DNA of 46,694 nucleotides, counting the filler, from Jimgerdemannia flammicorona (lineage: Eukaryota), in assembly GCA_003990765.1 (NCBI GenBank). It is 2 parts of 2 records of this genome, joined end to end, with 100 filler letters (N's around TTAATTAATTAA, not from the genome) between each part and the next. Parts side by side here need not be neighbours in the genome. Positions count along the whole stretch, not along the records: positions 23,403 to 46,694 come from RBNJ01001123.1; 1 more part is not named here. One strand, 5' to 3'. Position 1 is the stretch's first letter. Every line of letters starts with the position of its first letter. Position numbers and translations under genes: made by a program. The notes under the pieces are model-generated. The model ran no database searches and was not told the origin of the DNA. It worked only from the letters and a program-made list of their open reading frames with translations. Of the stretch, positions 23,403 to 34,633 are shown in pieces.

Positions 23403-24435
23403 TGGAGGCCAGACTCAAGAACTGGAAGGTATGAAAAAAAAAAAAATGCTTGGCAGTGCTCGTGCAACAACAATTCTGATGAAGTTCCTTACAGAATCAA
23501 AGAGTGAAATGGAAGGATATCGAGAGTGCAGCGTCAAGGAATTGAACTACGGCTTATTCAGGTCAGTTGGCAGGAGAAAGATGCCGTTGTTGTTGTTGGA
23601 GTAACGCTTCTAAGAGTGACTTGTTCTTCGTGACAGCGTGGGGAAATCATCGACCAAGCGAAGGCGTGGAGGCGACGCGCGGACCGGGGAGAAGAGGTAA
23701 TTCTTGGCAAGAGGAGACTGGAAGAAATCGAGAGGGGAGAAGATGAAGATGAAGCCGAAGCCGAAGCTGGCGGTATCGAAGATGACGATTCCAGTGATGT
23801 CGAGCCCGAGAAAGACGAAGACACAAACGTGGAAGGCGACAACGCGAAGGAAAAAGATCAAAATCGGTTTGAGGTTGCTTTCTCCCTTAGCAGCAATGAA
23901 GATTTCGTATACCCGATCGATGACGATCAATCCTTAACGGAAGTGGCTGTTAAGTGTCGGTTGCCAAAAAGACAGAGAAGACCTTTGGAAACGATATCTG
24001 TTACGGCGTCGGCGCCAGCAGAAATGGTAACAGCTGCATCCATGTCACCCAGCTGAGAAATGTTTACCGTAGATATTGAATAATAATATAACGCCATGTA
24101 ACTTTCTACTATGAAATGTCTTTCTTTATACAGCCTGGAACCAAGGAACTCTCAGAACCTGTTTATGCTGATGACAATAATGGTGATGGTGGTGATGAAG
24201 TCATTTCGGTCGAAATCAATTCCATTATGGAGGATTTACGGAGAGAACCATTACACGAGATATGCAGCGAAGCTAAATATTGCTCTCCTTTTATTTGACC
24301 ATTCTTCTTACTCTAGTTTCTTTATGTTAGTGGATAGTTGACGGCATCAACGTCACGCAAAAATTCCGCGAGTATCAACAACAAACATTGAAAAAGCTTT
24401 TAGATGTAAATCTCTACCTCCAAGCAATAAAATAA
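23403..24435 (+). CDS. Partial spliced gene of unknown function (acidic region), 5' end in the gap, possibly truncated
   Basis: Exon-like frames RGEIIDQAKAWRRR...EDEDEAEAEAGGIEDDD...APAEM, PGTKELSEPVYADD...LHEICSEAK and WIVDGINVTQKFREYQQQTLKKLLDVNLYLQAIK*, with plausible splice sites. Confidence 0.45.
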
Positions 24436-24448
24436 AGAGCAAAAAATA

Positions 24449-24823
24449 CACTTCTGTGATCAAGCCACAACGCGAGCATTCCAATAGAGTCTTAAGGCCG
24501 GGTCTCTTCCAATTAATGCCGCTTGCGATGTCAGTAAGGACGAGGTGGGAAGGGTATAATTGTTGGAGATGTTACTTCTGTCTTTCAAAGTCGCTTCGTT
24601 GCTTAGGGCTTGAGACTCGCGCATAAATGTATTTAGAGGATTGTTCGGTGGATGTTGGGGTAAGGTTGGAGGTGTGATTGGAAAGGACATAGCTGACATC
24701 ATAGAGACGGACACCACCACAGGTGCGCTCCGCCTTTATACGTCCTTGAATGTGCCAGCGACGAAGGGTTCTGGAGGAGACTCCAAACCGTTTGGATGCT
24801 TGATGAGCAGAAAGAAGAGTCAT
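24449..24823 (-). pseudogene. tnpA: IS607-family TnpA (MerR-type HTH plus serine recombinase), with a premature stop and 3' truncation
   Basis: From ATG 24823: MTLLSAHQASKRFGVSSRTLRRWHIQGRIKAERTCGGVRLY...KYIYARVSSPKQRSDFERQK*HLQQLYPSHLVLTDIASGINWKRPGLKTLLECSRCGLITEV. Similarity continues past the TAA (24572-24574) and ends at about 24449. Confidence 0.88.
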
Positions 24824-24956
24824 TTGGGAATAGCAGAGCACAAAAATACTTAGAAACACGCATACATTATATATACCTGTGCTGCTAAGAGAGGCTGCGG
24901 CGTAAGAAAGACCGGCGGCGTAAAAGAGATGGCGTAAAGGTATTAAGAAAGAATCG

Positions 24957-27900
24957 ATGACAGCCACGTTCTCTGAAAGCAGTCCCAATGCAACTTACGA
25001 CGTTTCTTTGCTTATGACCATGAACAGAACGGAGAACAGTTTCTTCCGAAAGACGCGAAAGAATGCCATTGTCAAGCAAGTTCGTGAACGTAGGAAAATA
25101 CTTCATACGATTTTATTTGGTCTGTGATCGTATTTCTTGGCTCAATACTCCTGTTTGCGAACTCCCACCAGACTATATTCGCCCTGACATTCCTTGCCTC
25201 TCTGAGTTGTGTTCTCGGACGCCTCCCTGCCACCTGAGAGTGGTTGCCGATTCTACCCTGCTTTCTGCGGAGGCAACCCATTATCTAATACCGGACTTGT
25301 CGGTGAGCTAGGCTTGAACCTGTTGGAAAGCAACAGTTGGTAATCATATTAACAACCATGACGATGTTTCAGGTCGTAAGCCGATATTTAGAGATATTGG
25401 AGCAAGAAGAGCTCTCTAACCTAGTCATCGCGCAAACCATTATGGCATCGGTAAGCTATCCATGCATTTTCCTCGTTTCTCTCCATGAAATTGGTTCATC
25501 ATTCTTTTTTATTCTTATCAAAGTTGGAGCAACACGATCGCCTTCGGACATACCGCCGTCTGCGTCAGGTCACCAGCGACCCAAGACGACGCAGCGTTTT
25601 TTTCTACAATGAAATTTTTTCCGAAACGTACGTTGCACGACTACCAAACGAAGGTCAAAAGGAGCGTGAATGGAGAGGTTGGTCCACGGAATTTTGATCA
25701 ACCTCGACAAACATCTTGTAATAGCTCATTCTTCTTACCAATGTACGGCTATGGCTTCGATACAGCTCTATGCAGAGTTGCCGCATGGTACCACCACCAT
25801 CTAAACGGGCTTCTACCAATTCTGTTACTGTCAGAAAATGCACGTTTTATGAGTACTCCAAATGTTTTGACTCCACAGAACTTGTCTAAATGCTTTGTAA
25901 TTTTTTTTTTTTTTTTTTTTTTTTTTTAGTTCACCCAGTCAGATCTAACATCCCAAGAATCATCCGTCGGTATCGTTGTCTGCTCCGTCAAGCAATATCT
26001 GGATCGATTTTGGCCTGGGTGCGCCGTATTGCATGAACTTATGGGCTCGCTTAAGGATGCTGTGTTTGAGGAAGACCTTACTCTTGAACGAATCCGAATG
26101 ACGGGAAAGGTCGGAGAATTGTTGAAGAAGAGTAATGTTGGAGAGCCTGGATATGAAGAGGTACTTGATCTTACAGAACTAATGCGGATTGTTGATCTTA
26201 TGATAATTTGGAATCTTACGCATGTGAGAAACCACCTTTCTTTGGCATTGCATTTTGCGACTAGTACAAGGCCGCGGATGAGCTTGAGGCTGGTGTCAAA
26301 TCTGGAAGATATTTTCAAGGAGTTCTGCGTGTCAGCCCTTCTAACCGCGACCAGGCTTACATCAACGGAGGCTCCAAGATAGGCGGCGACATATTGATAA
26401 TCGGAAATCGGCATAGAAATCGTGCGGGTATTGTCCAGCTATTCTTTTTTCTGTTTTCTTGGACATCTGATTGTCTTCAACGTTGGTGTTCATAAATGAA
26501 GCGAATGAATGAATGAAACGATGTTGCATATCGACAGTCCACGGCGACGTAGTAGTTGTAGAACTTCTTTCGGAGAATTCGTGGACTGTCCCGGCGAACT
26601 CGATGTCGTATGATCTGGACATGGCAAAAGCTGCCGAAGGTGCTGTATGTTCGCTTTGACGAATGCACATTCAATCATGCGATAAAGCTAATTGTCCTTG
26701 CCAATCGCCTTCACACTTAACGTCATTCATGCTCAATCAGAGGTGGGCGAACAGCTTGCGCGACAGTCATCTGAAATTCGTCCAACGGGACGAGTTTTGG
26801 GAGTCATTACTCGCAATTGGCGCTCTTATGTGGCGACGGTGCAAGAAGATGCAATCGATCAAGGTGGTAACGTCCTCCTAACCATTCCACTGGACCCTAT
26901 TATTCCAAAAATTCGTGTTCGATATGGCGATGTCAGAGCTATATCGAGACAGCGCATCGTTGTACGAATTGATAGCTGGTAATTGTAATGAGCGGTTGTT
27001 AAATACACTTCCTAGGACGCAAGGGAGAGCAGTTAATCTTTCTGGGACATAACCGCTGGCTTTTGTTATATGGTAGGCCGACTACATCGCAATATCCCAA
27101 TGGACATTATGTGCGTTCCCTTGGTGAGTACAGGATTATATGCATCAACCGATCATGCATTTTGATCTTTGCTTAATTGCATTGCCATTCCTTTTACCCC
27201 GTAGGCCCTATCCATCAGTTGGACACGGAGATCTCTGCTATCCTCGTAGAGCATGAAATATCCGTCTCTCAAGCGACACAGGGTTTCAGCGAGGCATCTC
27301 TGCGGGAGATGCCGGAGGATACGCAACAAAATCCTTGGAAACCCGATCCCGTAAGCTCTTCACTTTCATCTTCAACATTGAGAAGATGTGTTCGCCTTGA
27401 TTATATTTTTATGTCGGCTTCTCATGGTCATTATTTTGTCACTGTAATCTCTAGACGGAGCTTAAACGACGAAGAGACCTCAGGGAAACACATACCGTGT
27501 TCAGGTTTGTGAATGAAGTGATGTTAATTTTTGATGAAGCATTTTAAAAAATCTATCTCAACACAAACGAATCACAACTCTTATATATGCAGTATTGATC
27601 CCCCAAATTGCCAAGACATTGATGGTAATATTAAATACGGATTTCTGGATTTATTGGGTATAATCGTTGATGGTTCCAAGTTTGACCAAAGCCGCATTCA
27701 TCATAGACGCCTTGTCGGTTCGTGACTTGAACGACGGAACCGTCGAACTTGGCGTCCATATTGCTGACGTTAGCTACTTTGTAAAGGAAAATACGCAAAC
27801 AGATTTGGAGGCCCGTGCAAGGTAGGGTTTTAATCGTGTCCCATTCATTTACAAGGTTTGATGCCAATAGTCCCTCCTTGCTCACTGTCTAATTTCATGA

Positions 27901-30488
27901 TACCAGAGGAACAACAGTTTACCTTGCAGACCGACGGTTTGACATGTTGCCAGCGGTTCTCAGCGAAAGGATATGCTCTCTACGTGGAAACGTCGATCGT
28001 TTCGCAGGTACTGTAAACCAAGTGTGATACTTTGGTATAATTACGAAATCTAATGACTATTGTATCTAACGAACTTTGCAGTGTCCATAATGTGGACGCT
28101 GGATCAATCATATAACATTTTGAGCACATGGTTTGGACGTACCGTCATACGGTCAGCATGTGAAATGGAGTACGAACAAGCACAAAAGTTGTTGAACGGT
28201 GCAAAAAGCGTGGAGGGTCTCGGTATGCGTAGCCCTCGTTTATATTTAGTCTGCTGATGCATTGAAATACCGGATATTGATAAATACGATGACGTTATAA
28301 TATATATAACAGACCAGAGTTTGGCGCAAAAATTGCGCCAGCCTATTCTTCGCCTGGCGGAAGTTTTGCATGTCTTCAAGGTGATACTGTCCTTCCATCC
28401 ATTGCGTCATACGTCCACCGATATCTCTTAGGTTATGCTATACTGAGAGTGTAAAGGGACACATCTCTAGGCACGACGTTCTGCCAAAGGCGCACTTGAA
28501 CTTGAAAGTTCCGAAGTAAAGTTTCGCATGGAAGAAGGCCAAGGGATTAACGACATTAATATCCTCTGATCTATCAAATCGCAGAGTGTTTTCGTTTTTC
28601 GATTTTATTCGCGTATATACTCCTCGTAATCCTTGACTTGGATTTATCCTTTTACTTCCCAAAGATCCTAAGGAAATTCATAAGATTGTTGAGGAAGCAA
28701 TGATCCTCGCAAACTCGTCGGTCGCAGAACGAATCTATCAAAGTTACAAAGATTCGGCGCTTTTGCGTCGTCATCCGTTACCTGTACGGGATCATTTCAA
28801 GATGCTTGAGAAAGCGGCCGCAAGTAGGGTACGTCCGCGTATATGAACTATGTTTTGGTTCAAGTGTCCATTGCAGATTGACAAGAATTTGTCCTTCTTA
28901 CTTTGAACAGGGACTCTCTATAGATTACTCCACCAATAAATCACTGGCCGATTCTCTGGCCTCTTGTGCTCAGCAATACCAGAACGATCGTGAATTCATA
29001 CGACTTATTAAGACTATGGCTACAATGGCAATGTCTGAGGCTGGGTCGGTAATTTCGATCTTTGGGATTACTATGGCCATACACATTTGTAAGCATAGAC
29101 TAATTATTATATTTGACTGATCAGGTACATTTCAACAGGTGCATTCAATATTGATCAGTACCACCATTACGGATTGGCTTTGGATTTTTATACTCATTTT
29201 ACGGTTCGTGTCGTAAAATGAAACATGGCGTTAATGATGAAGTCGTCGCAAACTCCGTGGCATTTCACGCTCACTTCGCTCATTCAATCTCAGTCACCTA
29301 TCCGTCGATACGCTGACCTGGTGGTCCACCGGCAATTGATGGCCTGCATCAACGGCTCTCGAGCGGCCACACCTGAGATTAGCCTTGAATCTCGGCATAC
29401 CTCGCTATTTTTGCATAACGCGAAATTGTCGGATTTGTGCGACCATCTCAATCGGAAGACAAGAGCATCCAAGTTAGCTCAAAGGGTAAGTAGACATTTG
29501 AGAAATGCCGTTTCCCTGCGAAACTCTCAATATGAAATATTGATAAATGGATCTCTGACACGCCGGCATTAGGACTCCACAGAATTGTTCCAAGCGTTGT
29601 ATATCCTCGAACATGTATGATGGTTTGTTATTTGGCCGATTGAGCGGTTACATATGACTCGTTTATTTTTAATAAATTTCTGATGTCCCCATATCGCAAG
29701 TCCCAGCAAGGGCCGATCATTGAAAATGGTGTTATCTCAGAGATCCGAGCCAATGGTTTCTTAGTCTTTGTGCCAAGGTTTGAATTTTCTATTCGCATTT
29801 CCCGATTTCTGTTTTCTAGTTACAGTAACCACCATCCATTTGCACCATATATTTCTTCCATGCTTACTCTTCTACCCGCCCCCTCGCTCTCCTGTCTCGC
29901 TCCAAATGCCATTGACAGATTCGGTATCAAAGGCCCTGTGTATCTAAAGGATAAAGATGGAAATCCAGTAGTTCCGACATCGTTATTATCGGGCAACCAG
30001 GAAGAAGGTTCGTTATGTTCTAAATACGTCATAGAATATATGTTGTATCAAGAATTACGGCAATTTACCCCGTCATTTTCGTTTTAGACTCGACATATAT
30101 TTCGAACTGCACCCTCTCGATATCTCCACCTACGACTATATCGGTGCAAATCCATGGATCCCCTCTTCCTATTATCTTCGGCTTGTTCGACAAGGTCAGG
30201 ATTTCGTTGAAGCTACATATGTCGCATGCGCACCGGCATTCTGTTTACATGACACTGATCGGACTACACCAATCGGAGCCTGCAATTAAGAAAACAATTG
30301 GTGAGAGGCAATTATTACCAGAAATTACAGAAGGTGAACGACACCGCTTGCAGAGGTTTACGATTGAGAATGTAGCGGAGAGTGGACTGGACACATTTGT
30401 TTTCAGACAGACCGAGGTCGATAACAGCGCTTATGGCTTGCTCGAGAAGTTTAGAAGGATGGCAATCATAGAGTTGGGGAATGGATAA
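24957..30488 (+). CDS. DIS3L: DIS3-like exosome ribonuclease (PIN, CSD, RNB, S1), closest in motif to DIS3L/DIS3L1, many exons
   Basis: [20 protein letters not shown]...[94 protein letters not shown]. Confidence 0.85.
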
Positions 30489-30626
30489 TGCCCTTCTGTT
30501 ACATCACCAATATTAGTGTTCATGTATTTGGGTCACACACAAGGAATACGAATGATGATTGGGCAGGCAAATAATCTCTGTCTTTTACTTTGGATGCATG
30601 AACTAATGTGTAACAACAGTTTCATG

Positions 30627-31642
30627 TTACCAGTTGTAGTACGGTTTCGGGTTGTATATAGGTTTACTTTCAATCAAGGGTGTCCACACTTTCTTGGTCT
30701 TACGGTTGCGATCCATGCCTTTTGGCACAGAATCTGGTTGTTCCTTGAGGATGAACTTAATATGTGCTGTGGGATGATGCACCATACCAAATCGACCACG
30801 ACCATGTATTTTGATACGACGGATGTATTTGCCTTTACCGACCCAGGCCTGGGCTGAGATGAGGTATGGAAGTGTTAGTATACATTCTTCAACAGGTTCT
30901 GAGTTTTAGGATGTCTCATCAAAGACCTTCATTAGTCCACCTACCGACAACAGTATTTTTTGGCACCATGCCTTTCTGTTTCTCTGCATTTGTCCTCGCA
31001 AAGGCCAGGTTGTGCAAAATCTTGGTCGATACCCTTTTATTCGAGAACTGCATTTGATTGATGGCTTCTTGAACTGGTAGGCCGCGTATTTGCCGAGCAA
31101 GCATATTCAATTTCTGCGGACTGGCCTTGAAATTTGCCGAAGACCAATGAAACTAGATAAAGGACATTATGTAGACAATAGTTCAGCATACCATTTAGAA
31201 TACATATTTCTTCAGATTATTCGAACATACTTCTTTGGCCCCTTGCCTCTCTCCGGTACTGTCGTCTATCTCCGCTCGATCTTCTAATATATCATCGAAA
31301 ATAGACGAAGCGCTGATTTGTGGCTTTTTTATGGCGGGGTCGTCTTTTAGGTACAAGGCCGATGCATGAAGGCTCCTAAAGCCGACCAAAATAAACATGA
31401 CACTGTTTGTAAACTTTTACGAGTGTATAGAAATTAAGTCTGACACGGCGTAGATGTTACCTGCAGTTTGATTTCAAGGAGAAAACCGCCGCCAATCCTT
31501 GGTTTCGAACTGAAAGGTTTCGAAAAGCGGCTGCTACATAAGAGGCGCACAATAAATAAGATATCGACAGTTGAAGAGGTTTCTCTGACAGAGGAGCACC
31601 CAGAGCTTTATTCAGAACATATGGCATACCCAGTGGGAACAT
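30627..31642 (-). CDS. MRPL22: Mitochondrial ribosomal protein uL22m, multi-exon
   Basis: SSANFKASPQKLNMLARQIRGLPVQEAINQMQFSNKR and AWVGKGKYIRRIKIHGRGRFGMVHHPTAHIKFILKE; ends KPIYNPKPYYNW*. Confidence 0.9.
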
Positions 31643-31760
31643 GGTCAGCGGAAACAAGATGTGTTGAACAACACGCCACGGGAAATATCCTTGGTCCTGT
31701 GGCTTGTGCAATTTTCTTATTCCCAACCGTCGTGTTGCTAAATCAGCAATTTCGTGACCC

Positions 31761-34482
31761 ATGGCCGAACAACGCCAAAAAATCGCCGTTCTATCCGTCT
31801 ATAACAAGGCGAACCTGGTTGAACTAGCAGCCGAGCTGAACGCTCTCAATGTTCGCCTTCTTGGTTCCGGTGGCACCGCAAAGCTCATTCGTCAAGCCGG
31901 ATTGCCAATTGGGTACGTTTTTTTTTTTTTTTTTACAGGCAGACTATTCGACGCGTCCAAATCGCTTGTATTGACGCGGGAAAGGGTTCTATGTTGACTT
32001 AGTGATGTATCCGACATCACGAAAGCCCCGGAAATGCTCGGTGGACGGGTCAAAACTTTGCACCCTGCTGTTCACGGTGGTTGGTATCCAAACCATTGCT
32101 ATTCGTTTGACTAGCATTTATCCTGATTCAATATGAAGTTCTACGCTTCTGGCGATGACATGATTCGCGCTCGTGATCCTTAGGTATTCTTGCTCGCGAT
32201 ATTGAAAGCGACAACGCTGATCTTGCCGCTCAGGGTATCGAGAAGATCGATTTCGTCGTGTGCAATCTGTACCCATTCAAGGAGACCGTTGCCAAGGAAG
32301 GGGTCACTGTCGCCCATGCCGTCGAAGAGATCGATATCGGTACGCGTTGCAATAATTATCCCCTTGAGCAATTAAAACTTGGGTCGAAGTTGAATCGGCA
32401 TGGGTTTTTTTTTTTTTTTTTTTTTTGGGTGGATATTGTAGGTGGCGTAACTTTATTGCGTGCTGCTGCCAAGAATCACAGCCGTGTCACGATTCTCTCG
32501 GATCCTAACGATTACGCCAAGTTCATCACCGAGCTTAAACTCGGTGAGGTTAAGCAGGAGACGCGTAATATCTTCGCCTTGAAGGCATGTACTGATCTTA
32601 CCCATCTTTCGTGCTCGCACGAGGCGTGAAGCACCATTACGCATTTTTGGGCAATATTTTCAGCTTGTAACTTCTCTGACCATTCCAACCTGTTTCTTTC
32701 AGGCATTTAACCACACTGCCGATTACGATTCGGCCATCTCCAATTACTTCCGACAACAATATGCTCATGCTACCGCAATGATTCCCCTCCGTTACGGGGC
32801 CAACCCTCACCAAAAACCTGCCCAAGTCTATGTCACCGAGGGTAAACTTCCCATCACTATCCTCGCTGGCTCTCCCGGCTATATCAACCTCCTGGATGCC
32901 TTCAACTCATGGCCCCTCGTGAAGGAACTCAAGGCCGCCACGGGCCTTGCCGCCGCCGCTTCGTTCAAGCATGTTAGCCCTGCGGGCGCGGCCGTGGGTT
33001 TGCCGCTGAGCGATGTTGACAAGAAAGTCTATCATGTGGACGATTTAAAGGAACCGCTTACGCCGCTGGCTTCCGCGTATGCGCGGGCGCGGGGAGCCGA
33101 TAGGATGTCGAGCTTTGGTGATTGGATAGCCCTGTCCGATGTGGTTGATGTTATAACCGCGAGGATTATTTCCAGGGAGGTGAGCGATGGGATCATTGCC
33201 CCTGGGTATGAACCTGCGGCTTTGGAAATTTTGAAGAAAAAAAAGGCCGGGAAGTATACAGTTTTACAGGTCGGTATTGCTCTTCGTTTAGCCAATTCTC
33301 GCCCTTCACGCTAATATCCATTGCTCTTGTTCTGATAATGACCTCCATGTCTTCCTAATGATACTCATGAACTGAACGTTGATGCATGCTAGATGGACCC
33401 CACCTACGAACCTCCGGAGCTTGAAACCCGCCAGGTCTATGGCCTACATCTGCAACAGAAGCGCAACAATGTGCAGATCACAGAAGAGCTCTTTAACAAT
33501 ATTGTTTCCAAAAACAAAAATGTAAGTCATTCCAGTTACATGTTGTCCGCTTCGTCCTTTTTTATTTCACAGTACTTTTGTCTAACTCATGCATCAATGA
33601 ATAGCTCCCTAGGCAAGCAACTATCGACCTCGTTGTCGCCACAATCGCACTCAAATACACACAGTCAAACTCGGTTTGCTACGCCAAGAATGGCATGATC
33701 ATTGGGTTGGGCGCTGGTCAGCAAAGCAGGATTCACTGCACAAGGCTGGCGGGCGACAAGGCGGACAACTGGTGAGTGTTAGGAGGGTAAAAAAGAGATT
33801 TAATCGAGTGGTGTTCCAGATGTGAACGAACAAAATCAATAGCACACGATGGATAGTTAGGAATCCGCTTCGGCATGAATTGATTTCCAACACCTCACGG
33901 CACACATGTTTTCGTTCAGGTGGTTGCGTCATCACCCTAAAGTACTCGCCTTCGACTTCAAAAAGGTATGGACGACGTTCAATGAGATAATTTGGCATAT
34001 TTCTTTGATAAGTACCTATATTTCGGCCCTCACATACTACACATTTGAACTTGGCAGGAAGTCAAACGTGCCGACAAGTCGAACGCGATCGACCTTTACG
34101 TCATCGAGCAGACAGGCGAGGTAAATACTGCCAGTAGCAACGGGTGCCTCACCGTGAAATCTCTCGCAACACCATCTTTCAACTCGCCTTCGTTTCGACT
34201 TTGCAGGGTGCAGAACGCCAAGCCTGGGAATCTCAATTCAACACCATTCCTCAGAGTCTCACCACGGAGGAGCGCAAAGCGTGGATGGCCGAGTTGAAGG
34301 ATGTCGTTGTTTCGTCGGATGCATTCTTCCCCTTTAGCGATAACGTACATCGCGCCAGGGCGTCTGGGGCGCAGTACATCGCGGCTCCATCTGGTTCTGT
34401 GCAAGACCAGGCTGTGATTGATGCTGTTGACCAATACGGGATGATATTGGCTCATACCAATCTGAGGCTGTTCCATCATTGA
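31761..34482 (+). CDS. ADE17: Bifunctional AICAR transformylase/IMP cyclohydrolase (Ade16/Ade17, ATIC), multi-exon
   Basis: [95 protein letters not shown]. Confidence 0.97.
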
Positions 34483-34633
34483 TCATTGACCTTAGCTAAC
34501 AGACAGACACCAATCGTTGTGTAACCAAAAAAAAAATGTACCCAAACCCGCGTCACAAATTATTGGGAGAGTTGGCGTTGAGTTGTGGACCTTTTCTCCT
34601 CCCTCCGCCATCTTACAGGCCAAGCCAAAGGAA

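Noticed and set aside
23403..24448. TnpB/Fanzor ORF downstream of TnpA
   Set aside because: No RuvC or zinc-finger motifs were found on the minus strand; the region reads better as a plus-strand spliced gene.
20213..24823. TET-like gene and IS607 TnpA as parts of one element
   Set aside because: They are separated by the artificial gap and an unrelated spliced gene, so linkage cannot be shown.
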